NCBI GenBank assembly: GCA_024698845.1
Contig: JAILQR010000093.1
Coordinates: 1-31,782, forward strand
Reading direction: 5' to 3'
Length of the DNA: 31,782 nt
Source: Bacilli bacterium
Lineage (GTDB): Bacteria; Bacillota_I; Bacilli_A; RF39; UBA660
Shown piece after piece: positions 1 through 11,400 of this stretch (its first letter is position 1; each line of letters begins with the position of its first letter). Under the pieces are notes generated by a model that was given only the letters and a program-made list of their open reading frames with translations, was not told the DNA's origin and did no database searches. The translations under genes and the position numbers were made by a program.

Positions 1-277
<277 letters not shown>

Positions 278-348
278 AAAGATTCTATTTCTAAAATCTA
301 TTAAATTTAGTTTAATCTAAGCTACTCAATAAATTGACTTTTCTTACT

Positions 349-364
349 TAGTTTTCAAAGATCA
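349..364 (-). promoter_or_regulatory. rrn leader boxA antitermination element
   Basis: Minus strand reads TGATCTTTGAAAACTA, the Firmicute rrn boxA motif, between the promoter and the 16S start. Confidence 0.8.
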
Positions 365-395
365 TTTCAGCACCTTTTTTTCTCGGTGCACTAGT

Positions 396-445
396 AATAT
401 ATCAAACCTAAAAGTTAAAGTCAACACTTTTTTTTAACTTTTTTT
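396..445 (-). promoter_or_regulatory. sigma-A rRNA promoter with UP element
   Basis: TTGACT (424-419), 17-bp spacer, TGn-TATATT (401-396), with upstream A-tracts. Confidence 0.8.
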
Positions 446-558
446 CAAAAAAACGACATTTTTTGTAAAATGCCTATTTTACAAGGCAAAAATGGTTCGT
501 TTTCATATCACTATTAATATAATTTATGCAAAAAAAATAAAAAAATGTTTAAATTTTT

Positions 559-1095
559 TTATTTATTTTTTGCAAGTTTTAAATACTTGTCATAATACAT
601 TGAAACAGTTTCTTTACTAAATGGAAATTCATTTCTCTTTTTTATCTCAATTAATCTTGATAATTCCTTTTTTAAAATATGATCAAGTTCATCAGAATAA
701 CTCATTATCTTTTTATGATAATTATATTCATTTCGATCTAGAACTCTAAATCCTCCATCTGGAAAAACTCGAAGATCTAAATCATAATCGATATATTTTA
801 TTGCATTATCTTCAATTATAAATGGAGATGCAATATTACAATAAAAGAACAATCCATGTTTCTTTAACTGTCCGATTATATTAAACCAACTATGGCGGTA
901 GAAAAACAGAATTGCCGTTTCCTTAGTTCGATGACTTCTACCATCACTTTCTGTAAGTTTAGTTCGATCATTTGCACAAACTAAAATTTCATCACTTACA
1001 TCAAGAACAATAGCCTCGTCACTAATACGGTCTATTTTACCATTATGTTTATAACAATGGATCGTTAGTCTATCGCCGACTTTTACATTATTCAT
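559..1095 (-). CDS. DUF402 family nucleoside tri/diphosphate phosphatase (YgaC/Ntdp-like)
   Basis: YKHNG..R, WFNII, YCNIASP and YIDYDLDL motifs. Start moved to ATG 1095, which follows GGAAGAGG. Confidence 0.9.
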   Translation of the reverse strand: MNNVKVGDRLTIHCYKHNGKIDRISDEAIVLDVSDEILVCANDRTKLTESDGRSHRTKETAILFFYRHSWFNIIGQLKKHGLFFYCNIASPFIIEDNAIKYIDYDLDLRVFPDGGFRVLDRNEYNYHKKIMSYSDELDHILKKELSRLIEIKKRNEFPFSKETVSMYYDKYLKLAKNK

Positions 1096-1167
1096 AATCG
1101 ATCCTCTTCCTATGTCCATTATAACAGGTAATAAAAAAAAGTACAAACATATAAAAAAGCTATATGT

Positions 1168-2355
1168 CTAGTTCGAAAGAACTTCTATAGCTTTTAATAA
1201 TTGTGAATCGATAATCTTTGTAACATTTCCATTTACGTCTTTTTCTAAAGTTAAATCAACATCAACATCAGGAGTTATTCCTTTTTTATCAATGTTAGTT
1301 CCATTCGGTGTATACCACTTAGCTGAAGTATACTTTGCCATAGAACCATCTATTAGTGAAATTGTTTGTTGTACTTTGCCTTTTCCATATGACGTTTTGC
1401 CAACGATAGTTGCTCCATAGCTTTCTTTTAGAGCACTTGCAACAATCTCTGCTGCAGATGCAGTATTTTCATCCACTATAACAACTATCTTATAATTAGT
1501 TTTAGCTTTTGTCTTGTCTTTTACAATATCATTTAGCTTCTTACTTTTTAAAGAGTATATTACCTTACCTTTTTCTAGAAATAAGCTAGAAACATCCTCA
1601 GCTGCATTTAGAAAGCCTCCTGAATTGCTTCTTAAATCAATTATAAGCGAGCTAATATTCTTATCTTTTAATTCATCAAGTGCATCGCTTACTTGGTTTG
1701 CAACTGTAGATGAGAATGTAGCTATCCTAATATAACCAATTGATGTATCATCAAGTACCTTGCTAGATATAGCAGGTACATATAGTTTTTCAGTAGAAAG
1801 TTCGAAAGTCAATTCCTCATTGTTTCTACTGACAGAAATTGTCATATTACCTTTTGATGATTTAATTCTTTTTGCAACTTCATCAGCACTTACATCTGTG
1901 ACATCAATTCCATTAATTCTAATTATTATATCTCCATTAAGTAGTCCAGCTTTTTCAGCGGGAGATTTAGAAAATACTTCTTTAATCATATGATCTTCAA
2001 TTAAAATACCAATACCTTTATATTCACCAGTTAAGGCATCATTTAACATACTAGTTTGATTAATATCCATATAAGTTGTATAGTTATCACCTAGATAATC
2101 AAGCATACCTTTAATAGCAGCTTCAATCATTTCATTTTTATTGATATCCTCATAATACTCTTCATTAACTGAAGAATATACTTCTAAAAATTGTCTTAAA
2201 GCAACATCGCCTTCAACATTTTTATATGAGATACCAGTACTTTTACTATATGATGAATAAACAATTATACCAGCGGTTAATCCTGATATAACAGCAGTAA
2301 CAACCATTATAATAATAATAGTAGATAATTTTATGTAAGCTTTTTTTACATTCAT
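1168..2355 (-). CDS. S41 family carboxy-terminal processing protease (CtpA/CtpB-like) with PDZ domain
   Basis: N-terminal TM segment, GIGI/SPAEKAGL PDZ motifs, IIDLRSNSGG, catalytic TASAAE and SYGKG. Likely start is ATG 2355 after GAAAGTGGG. Confidence 0.93.
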   Translation of the reverse strand: MNVKKAYIKLSTIIIIMVVTAVISGLTAGIIVYSSYSKSTGISYKNVEGDVALRQFLEVYSSVNEEYYEDINKNEMIEAAIKGMLDYLGDNYTTYMDINQTSMLNDALTGEYKGIGILIEDHMIKEVFSKSPAEKAGLLNGDIIIRINGIDVTDVSADEVAKRIKSSKGNMTISVSRNNEELTFELSTEKLYVPAISSKVLDDTSIGYIRIATFSSTVANQVSDALDELKDKNISSLIIDLRSNSGGFLNAAEDVSSLFLEKGKVIYSLKSKKLNDIVKDKTKAKTNYKIVVIVDENTASAAEIVASALKESYGATIVGKTSYGKGKVQQTISLIDGSMAKYTSAKWYTPNGTNIDKKGITPDVDVDLTLEKDVNGNVTKIIDSQLLKAIEVLSN

Positions 2356-2419
2356 TAGTATCCCACTTTCTCTTCTAATTAGAAATATAACATAATAAAT
2401 AAAAAAAAGAAAGTTTATA

Positions 2420-2914
2420 TTAAACTTCCTTGTTAAGTACATTAGCTATGTTTTCGTTACCTTCAACAAACTCTACTATTTTATTTTTCTTAACCTTTAT
2501 TAGAGTAGTTCCCTTTAATTTAAGGTTATCTATAGAATCAGTTTGATAACTAGATTCTTTAGAAATAAATTTTTTGTTGAACTCATTATCTAAATCCGCA
2601 GTGTAAAGAGGTAAACTATTTTTACCTGAATTATAATCTGAGGCTTTATTCATTATATATGTATTAGCAACGTCTTTTGAATCTAAAGCAAGAACATAAT
2701 ATTCCTCATCTGCTCTTTGAAGTAGCGTACCAAGAATAATTGATTCATATTGAACCTTACCTTCATTATTAGTTCTTTTAATTTTTTCTTCTTTATTAAA
2801 TACTGTTGTAGTTAAAAAATACATTCCGAAAAATAATATAACCAAAACCGCAAGTATTTTAATAAAACTTCTAATTTCTTTTTGTTCTTCTGAGTAATAT
2901 TTTTCCTTTTTCAT
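2420..2914 (-). CDS. hypothetical membrane-anchored protein
   Basis: Single N-terminal TM helix. AGGTGA RBS precedes ATG 2914. No family recognised. Confidence 0.8.
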   Translation of the reverse strand: MKKEKYYSEEQKEIRSFIKILAVLVILFFGMYFLTTTVFNKEEKIKRTNNEGKVQYESIILGTLLQRADEEYYVLALDSKDVANTYIMNKASDYNSGKNSLPLYTADLDNEFNKKFISKESSYQTDSIDNLKLKGTTLIKVKKNKIVEFVEGNENIANVLNKEV

Positions 2915-2945
2915 TAAAATCACCTGATAGGTAAATTATACAAAA

Positions 2946-2975
2946 AATAAAAAAGGAAAGCAACTACTTGCTTCC
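2946..2975 (-). terminator. intrinsic terminator after the ydcC/ssdC 3' part
   Basis: GGAAGCAA-gtag-TTGCTTTCC hairpin followed by a T-tract, overlapping the stop codon. Confidence 0.65.
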
Positions 2976-3710
2976 ACTTACACTCTTCGCATCAGTTATA
3001 GATGATGCAACAGAAATCATCTCACTTTTTGTTAAAGTATTACTAGTTAGATAGTAGTCTATATTATCTTTGTTCCACTTAATATAATTGGAGCTAACAA
3101 CACCAATAGTATCATTTATAAATGCAATATCTCCATAAACAGGTGTTACTGAAAATTCATCAGATATTTTAGACGCTTCTTCTATTAAAGTAAAAGGTTT
3201 TTCACCAGTAAATGTTAAAATAACTCTTTTTGATAATTCGTCACCTATCTTTTCACTACTAGTTAAGTACGTATTGCCAGGTAAATATAAAGGATATATG
3301 ACATCATCTAATACATTTAGAGTTGTTTTTTCACAATTTGTTCCCTCACATACTTCCTCTTTATTAGAAATATATTCATCAATTTTAAAGTATTTATCAT
3401 CTATATTCTTATTTAAATTAATTTTACTAAACTTAACTATAATTTCTTTCTTGTTATCAACATTATAAACTTCAACTTTTTTTAGTTTGTTATTACTATC
3501 AAAATAAATCTTTTCATACTTTAATTCACTATTGTTGGGATAGTTAACCATTGATTTTATAACACTATATTTTCCTTCTGTATAATATTTTGATTTGGAA
3601 TCTACTCTTATATCATTAAGTAATGATGATAATAAATAACTTTGAGATGAATTATCCGGCCATGAACTTTCAAATTTAAAGCTCTTATTTAGAGATGGTG
3701 TTATTACATA
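2964..3710 (-). CDS. ydcC: ydcC/ssdC-like sporulation lipoprotein (LolA/MucB-RseB-like), 3' part of a split gene
   Basis: The frame stays open 53 codons upstream of the ORF-track Met (3551), up to the junction: YVITPSLNKSFKFESSWPDNSSQSYLL. This matches B. subtilis YdcC as I recall it (FVLTPSLNKSFRFQSDWPNNSSQVYL). The C-terminus GEKPFTLIEE...DYYLTS..LTKSEM also matches. Confidence 0.88.
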   Translation of the reverse strand, partial: YVITPSLNKSFKFESSWPDNSSQSYLLSSLLNDIRVDSKSKYYTEGKYSVIKSMVNYPNNSELKYEKIYFDSNNKLKKVEVYNVDNKKEIIVKFSKINLNKNIDDKYFKIDEYISNKEEVCEGTNCEKTTLNVLDDVIYPLYLPGNTYLTSSEKIGDELSKRVILTFTGEKPFTLIEEASKISDEFSVTPVYGDIAFINDTIGVVSSNYIKWNKDNIDYYLTSNTLTKSEMISVASSITDAKSVSGSK

Positions 3711-5257
3711 GGCACAGTAAAGTTATAAAAAATATTTATATTTCTGTCTTCATCGATTTCTATCCTGTTTATAAGCTTTAATATAAGTTTCCTATCAATT
3801 TTATTATTTTTTAAATCACTCACAAGTTCATCAAGTATAGATATATCATTTTTATCGTAACGCTTAAGTTCTTCTTCCAACTTTATGTTTTCAGTTTCTA
3901 TAAGTTTAATTTGCTCTTGGAACTTATCATATTGTCTACTAAATAAGTCATCACTGATTTTCTTATCAAGTTTATCATTATATATAATATCTATTTTATT
4001 GTTGATAATTAGTAGTTCATTATTATTATGTATTATTTTTTGGCGAAGTATATCGTTTTTACATTTTGCCATTTTACTATTTTCTAATCTTAATTTAAGC
4101 AAATCGAAATCGACATAATTTAGATGCTTTTTTATATCATCAAGTATTAAAAATTCTATATCCTCATATTTAACATTATGTGGGGAACATAATTTTTCGT
4201 TTTTTCTTTTTATATAATAACTACATGTTCCATAAATATAATTATTGGTACTTCCACAAACATTTCTAAAAGTAATTTTATGTCCACACTCACTGCAATA
4301 AATAAGTCCACGTAATAGCAAGTTATTAGTTATGTTATTAACACAGCTTATATGTTTATTTATTTCAAAAATACTCTTAGCCTGGTTAAAAACTTGTTCA
4401 CTTATAATATTAGGAACAACATTTTTTGATATAATCCACTCTTCTTTAGATGTTCTTATTCTCTTTTTAGATTTATAACTTACTTTTCTTTGTTTTCCTT
4501 GAACTAAATTACCAATATATATTTCATTCTTTAGAATCGAATTAACTGTTCTTTGCGACCACACACCAATATGATTACACTTTGATCTAATATTCATATT
4601 TTTATTGACACTTGGTGTTGGAATTTTTTCTAAAGTTAATATGTTGCATATTTTAGATATACTGTATCCTTCTATAAATAGATTAAAAATTCTTTTAACA
4701 ATTAAAGCTTCATCATTATTTATGATTAATTTATGATTATCAAGAGGATCTTTATTATACCCATAGGGAGCATAAGCTCCTATAAATAGTCCATTAACCT
4801 TTTTTATATATAGTGAACTTTTAATCTTGTTAGAGATATCTTTTACATACATATCATTAAATGCACTTTTAAAAACAAGCATGTCATTATTAGATGAATT
4901 AGAAAAAGTATCTATACCATCGTTTATAGCAACATATCTTATATTATGCTCTGGAAAATATTTTTCAACATAATATCCAAATTCAATATGATCACGTCCT
5001 AACCTAGATGTGTCTTTAGTTATTATCATATTTATCTTTTTAGATTCACAATCACGTATCATACGAGAAAAACTCAGCCTATTAAATGTTGTGCCAGATA
5101 CACCGTCATCAACATATTCATCTATGAAAGTAAGATTATTATCATTTATATATTTATGTATTAAATCACGTTGAGTTTTAATACTGCCACTTTCTCCTAA
5201 ATTTTCATCTTCTCTTGAAAGTCTTAAATAAATACCTACTTTATATTTATTATTCAT
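3704..5257 (-). CDS. large serine recombinase (TnpX/SpoIVCA-like architecture)
   Basis: Catalytic YLRLSRED and ITKDTSRLGRD, recombinase domain (APYGY), Zn-ribbon (LIYCSECG...C...C) and coiled coil. Confidence 0.96.
   Translation of the reverse strand: MNNKYKVGIYLRLSREDENLGESGSIKTQRDLIHKYINDNNLTFIDEYVDDGVSGTTFNRLSFSRMIRDCESKKINMIITKDTSRLGRDHIEFGYYVEKYFPEHNIRYVAINDGIDTFSNSSNNDMLVFKSAFNDMYVKDISNKIKSSLYIKKVNGLFIGAYAPYGYNKDPLDNHKLIINNDEALIVKRIFNLFIEGYSISKICNILTLEKIPTPSVNKNMNIRSKCNHIGVWSQRTVNSILKNEIYIGNLVQGKQRKVSYKSKKRIRTSKEEWIISKNVVPNIISEQVFNQAKSIFEINKHISCVNNITNNLLLRGLIYCSECGHKITFRNVCGSTNNYIYGTCSYYIKRKNEKLCSPHNVKYEDIEFLILDDIKKHLNYVDFDLLKLRLENSKMAKCKNDILRQKIIHNNNELLIINNKIDIIYNDKLDKKISDDLFSRQYDKFQEQIKLIETENIKLEEELKRYDKNDISILDELVSDLKNNKIDRKLILKLINRIEIDEDRNINIFYNFTVPM
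3705..3732. repeat. attR (core plus P' arm)
   Basis: Core tacata at 3705-3710. Arm TAGGCACAGtAAAGTTATaAAAAA at 3709-3732. Confidence 0.9.
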
Positions 5258-5360
5258 CTCTTATGTTACCTTCCAATATACTGTATAAATATTTATATAT
5301 TAATTCATTAATGTTAGTTCCATCAAAATTAATATTTACTACTTTATATATTTTCTTCAT
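5250..5360 (-). CDS. 36-aa ORF overlapping the recombinase start; candidate directionality factor or leader peptide
   Basis: Translated by hand as MKKIYKVVNINFDGTNINELIYKYLYSILEGNIRDE*. It overlaps the recombinase by 8 nt (ATGAATAA) and has no SD sequence. Confidence 0.5.
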   Translation of the reverse strand: MKKIYKVVNINFDGTNINELIYKYLYSILEGNIRDE

Positions 5361-5397
5361 AAAACAAATTATGAAACATTTATAGATTTATACATAT

Positions 5398-5432
5398 AAA
5401 AAATAGACAATTATTTCTAATTGTCTATTTTA
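5398..5432. terminator. intrinsic terminator after giant surface protein 1
   Basis: AAATAGACAATT-atttct-AATTGTCTATTT perfect hairpin with A/T tracts on both sides. Confidence 0.85.
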
Positions 5433-5443
5433 ATTTAAGAATA

Positions 5444-8400
5444 TTATTTTCTTCTTTTTCTCATTATTACAACACCAGTAACAGAAAGTGTTGCAACAGC
5501 AAAGATACCAACATATAGCATAATGTCATCAAGTGTAATTGGATTATTTATTTTTGTATCTTCCTTAGTAGGTTCTACAATAGCTAAATCTTCTATATTT
5601 TTATAACCAAATGTTACTTCGATAACATCACTATTAACAGTTCCTTCAATATTATCTGGAAGTTCAACTAGTTCATAACCACTTGGAGTTACAGGTTTAT
5701 CAACCTTATATGGAGTAAACCATTTTTGAATAGATATAATAGGGTCTTTAATGTCTTTTCCTGTATCTATATCTACAAGTTTAGTTATAACTTTAGCATC
5801 CTTAACAACATATTCATAAAGGACTATTATTTCATCTTTATCTACTGTGCCAGTTGCATTAGATGGCATTCCTTTTAATTTATATCCATTTGGATCTTTT
5901 TCTAAAGGACTTGTTGTATATGTATCCCCATATTTTTTAGGAGTAACAATATCTTCAGTAAATTTTTCACCACTGTCTGGATCAATGTATCTAGCAATTA
6001 CATTACTGTCTTTTCTTACATAATAGTAAGTAACAGTAATACTGTCTGTTTCTACAGGTCCAGTAGCATTATCTGGAGTAGATACTAAGCTATAGTTAGT
6101 TGGAATTGGATCAAGAGCTACAGTAGTATAAGTGCTTCCATAAACAATTTCTTGAATATCATCATCAGCAACTTTTTGATTTGTATCTTGATCAATATAT
6201 CTTGTAGTTACTATTCCCTTTTGTGCTCTAAAGTAATATGTAATCGTAGTCATTTCATCAATAACTTCACCAGTTACTTCTCCATCAGTTCTTGATAGGA
6301 CATACGGAGCAGGAACACTATTTAAAGCAGGTGCTGTATAAGTTTCACCGTAATCATAATATGCTTGATCCTCATCTGCTATAGGATCACCTGTTTCTTC
6401 GTCTATATATTTTGTAATAACTAGGCCTTTATTTAATTTAGCATAGTAATAAATAATTTCTGTAAGTGGTTTTTCTAAGATACCACTTTCATCACCAACA
6501 TGACCAACAAGCTCGTATAAAGCAATTTGAATTGGGTTAGTAATGTAGTTATAACCTATTTCATGAACTTCACGAAGTTCATCAGCAAGGTTTGTATCAG
6601 TATTTTCTAATTTATAATTTACAACAAGTTCACCAGTTGGATTTTCATAGTTATAAATTACTTCTGTATTATCTTGTGCATAGAATCCTCGATAATTATC
6701 TGGGATTACATAATCTCCATTAGAATCTTTAACAAGATCATATGAAGTACTAATCTTAGGTTCTGTAATATATTCATCACCTATTTGACCAGCCATAATT
6801 TCATCACTATCAATTTTAATAGTTGTATTTTTTAAATAGTGATGAACTATTACTTTAGATGACCCCAAAGCAAATGTTACAACAATATTTTTGTTTTCTG
6901 TAACGTTAGTTAGCTTATCAAGTGTTACAATACCATCTTCGTCCGCATTATAACCTACAGATTTACCGTTGACTTTAACATCTTTAACATAGTAACCTAC
7001 ATCAGGTGTAATAGTTATGGTATTAGTGGTATCATCACCATACTTAACTGTTTCAACTTCGTAAGGATCATTACCTTCATATAAAGTATCGTTACCATTT
7101 GTAACTTTATAAGATCCACCAGCATTACTTTCTATATTTATATTAAACTTTTTACGTTTATTAAATAATTCTAGTGATACAGCAGCTGGAGTTTCTGGAA
7201 GAACTTCATCTGATAATTCGAATGTTGCAAATAATTGGCTTGTATCAAAATCAGTAGCTTGAGTTGCATATGGATATTCATCAACTACAGATTGAATGGT
7301 TTTACTACTAGATGTTAATGGAATAGATATTCTATTAGTATTTGTATCATAGTAGAAACCAGTGTAACTTGAAGCATTACCACTTACTGGATATTTATAT
7401 TGTTTAATCCATTCTACAGAAGAATCATTATTTACTTTATAGATTAATATATAATTACCAGAATTAATATGTACTTTTTCTCCACTTCGAAGTATTACAT
7501 CATGGTCTTCTAATGATCCGTTTAGGATGAATATATATCCATCATCAAGTTTATATGTATATTCTGGTCTTCCACCATAATTAACTCTTTTGTAGTCATT
7601 TGATGTATCATATTCTTCAAGTTTCTGAGCACTATATCTTGAAACTTCGATAATTTTAGATAAAGTACCATTTGCATCAAAGTGTGCAAGAATAATTTGG
7701 TTCTTCTTACTTGGTTCATCAGGAGTCTGTACTTTTAATGCATCTATATCAATTACATTAGATGTTGATGTTCCAAACATTCCATCAGTATATCTTTCAG
7801 CTGAAGTAATATAGTCAAATGAACCATCATCGTAGAAATTAAATATTGATTCATTTGATACATTGCTACCGTAAATATATGGAGTAGAATGATATGTCTT
7901 ATTAAATATTACAGGTTTTGCCCATAAAGCATTACCACTAGCATCAAATTTTCCAACTACCATATATTGGCCTCCACCAATATATAAAGATATTTCAACT
8001 TCAATTGTATTATCATCTAAATATCTTATTTCTGGATATGGTTCATATTGATCATAATAATATTTATTAGTAAATAAACTACTTGCGGCAGTTTCACCTA
8101 ATTGTTCAGTGTAGAATTCTAATAATTTATCATACATCTTATCCATTACTGGGAATGCAGATATAGAGTTTCCCTCTTTATCATATTTAACAACATATAC
8201 TTCACCATGAGTAGTTTCATTTGTTACAAACTCACCATTATCAAGTTCTATACCATATATGCTATAAGAATTTCTTCCACTAAGATATGCAAGTTTAACA
8301 AATCCGTTACTGTTTGAATCAAAAGCACTGTATTTATACGCATTTGGATAAGACATTGTATATGTATACTGATTATGATAATTTTCATCATCATCTTTTA

Positions 8401-11400
8401 TTAAATAATAATTACCATATGTACTGTTAGGATTTTTCGGTGCCGATCCATAGTAATAATATAAAGTTGTACTTCCTGGATTTGTTAGATCAACTTCATT
8501 ACCTTCTTTATCTAAGATAAGTACATATGTCTTACCAACTGCAATATAGTAATAATCTTCTTCCTCAGTAGCATGTAGATATGTTTGAGGAAAACATGAT
8601 GTACAAGTATTAAGTGTTTGCTCTATTATCTCTCCAGGATGAGATTCATTAGTATATATGTATTTGGTATCATATGGAGTCATATCATATTCTTTATTCC
8701 ACTCAACATGAGCAGATGAATCATACTTAACTAGAACAATTTTCTTATCTGTGTTATTAAGTGTAGCAGCTAAAACTCCATTATCGGCAGTATTGATAAG
8801 TCTAAATGGTTCATCAGATGGTAACATATCAGCACTTACAAACTTAACTCCTGCTTGAACAGCTGGTTTAGATTCACCAATACTGAAATATACAGTTTCA
8901 TCAGATATATCATACTTTTCATCAGCAGCTTGAATTTCTTTTAATACATATGAACCAGATTTTAAGTTAAGTGATAACTCACCATTTTCATCAGTTTTTA
9001 CAACATAATATTCTGTATCATCAATAACAATCTTCTCACCAATTGTTTTTCCATAAATATCTGTTGCTGCCACTAAATCTGTTGTTCCAGGTTTAACATA
9101 GAATATCGCATAGTATGTATTTGGAAGTCTATTTCCATTTTCTTCATCACTTTTTGTAACCTTGAATAATGGATAGTCTTCAACAGCTACTTTGAATTTG
9201 TTCTCTTCATATGCAGAATCTTCAAAATTTCCGTTTACTGTATAAGTTATATCACTTGCAGTATTAATTTTCGCATCTAGTTTAAATTCCCTTAATTGAG
9301 AATCAATACTATATCCTGCTGGTGCATATACTTCTTTAAGTGTATATTTATTAATTGTTGGATAGTTTCCACTTAATCCAGGAATTAAATATGTATTTCC
9401 TGAATAAGAAATTCTAAGTTCAACAGTTGCTTTACCTGTTGAATCAGTAGTTATATATTTACCGCCTTCAGGAAGTCCTGGACCACTAATTTTAAATTGT
9501 GCACCAGGTAACAAATCTCCTGTTGTAGAATCTACTTTTGAAACTTCAAATAAAGCTTTATCAATAACTTTAGTAGGTATTTCAAGAGCTAGTACAGGAT
9601 TATCATTAGAATCTAAAGCATAGTTTCTAACTGATTGTGTAATATTTTCATTTTTTGATTCAACTGCAACATTTGTCTTTTGAGCAACAGCAGCAAGTTC
9701 TTTATCATATGTAGCTACACCATTAACATAACGGTTAACACCTATAGTTGTAGACTCACTAGGATTATAATAAGCATAACTTCCTAGATTAGAACTTCTA
9801 TGATATTGAAGTTTTACATTGTATAAATGTCCAGCTTCAAATGGAACATACTCTACGTTATTATTTTTGTTAATTGCAACATTAACCGCTCCACTCATAG
9901 ATATACTTTGAGCTGAAGTTGTATTTGAACCAGTATAATTTGCTTTTGATATTTCTCTAGATGGAGTAATATCAGTTAAATCATCAATACCGCTTGTAAC
10001 ATATAATTTATATGTAGAAGTTCCATTATCATTCCAAATGTCTTTTAGTGTTGATGATACACCTATACGATATTCATCAGTAAAATTAGATAAATCTATT
10101 GTTGCATTACATTCAAAGTCTCCGCCAGTTTGATTGTTAGCTGTTCTAGAATTCATTGAAATACTTGAATATGCCGATGCATTAATTTGAGAATTACATG
10201 TGCCAATTGCCATAGTTGGATCTTGTTTAGTTGTAACACTAGGTTCATGAGTAGAATTACTACGAACTAATCTAACTTCAAATTCAGAAATTGGAGAGTA
10301 ATCACCCATTTGTACTTGTGAAATTGTATAATATTCACCTAGAACCATGTTGTTTAAATAAGCATGTCCATTTTCGTCAGTCCTAATATTTGTGCCATTT
10401 TCATGATTCTTACCAGTTACTTTAAATATTGCATTTGGTAAATCTTCATTATTAGCTACATTAAAATTATGTAGGTCAAGTGTATGTAGGATTTCTTGAT
10501 CTAAATCAATACTTACAGTCGCATCATTATTTAGAGTAATGTTTCTATAATTTCCAGTATTTGATAATACTAAAACATCATTTTCTCCATTAGCAATACC
10601 AAAAGTTTTAGATTCTTCATCTACTTGATATCCACTAATTGCTGAATATTGTTTTAAAGTATAAGTTTTATCAACATATAATCCTTCAACCAATGCATGT
10701 CCATTTGTATCAACATTTATAGATCTTGTATTTCCGTCACTATCAGTTAAGAAATAAACACCATTAGGCACTTTATTATTTGAGAATGATTTATATACAT
10801 TTAAATCCACACTATATTTTCTAGCAAGTCTTAAACCAATTTTTTGACCTGATACGTTTGATGAATGAGTACCAGCATCAGTTATATAGTCAAAATATGC
10901 ACCATGTGTATAGTATGAAACTTTATTTAAATTAGCCGTTGTTACTGGAAGTTTAATAGGATAACTAAAATCTAGTTCTTCCCTTACATCTAACTCAATC
11001 TCATCATCTACAATAATGTAGTAAGACTTAATATTTTGATAGTCAGTCGGTGTTGTTATCCAACCGTTAGACAAATCGCTTATGTCGCTTGTTGGATTTT
11101 CTTGCTCAGAATATAGAACTTGTACTTTACCTTCAAGTTCTGAAGGAATAACTATAGGACCAGCCATAGTTGAGTCATATTCTGTTCCAAGTGTACCCTC
11201 ACCAATTTGATAAGTATTTCCAACAAACCCAACTTTACCAATTATAGATATGTTTTTAACCGTAGTATCTGAGTTATTTAAAACAAATATATTCATAGTT
11301 GCATCACTTGATCCGCGAAGTGGATTAATATCTGCAACTAGTGGTGAAATAGTTTCTTCTCCACTACTTTCATAATCAGTTACAAGTGAACCTGTAATAA

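Noticed and set aside
464-483. TGTAAAAT-gcct-ATTTTACA hairpin upstream of the rRNA promoter
   Set aside because: AT-rich and weak. It may be a terminator or binding site but cannot be assigned.
2964-3551. ORF-track 195-aa protein as an independent gene
   Set aside because: It has no RBS, and the frame and YdcC similarity continue 53 codons upstream to the att core.
1514-4118. Plus-strand ORFs 1514-1735, 1760-1993, 3274-3468 and 3885-4118
   Set aside because: Antisense shadows of well-supported genes, without RBS or recognisable motifs.
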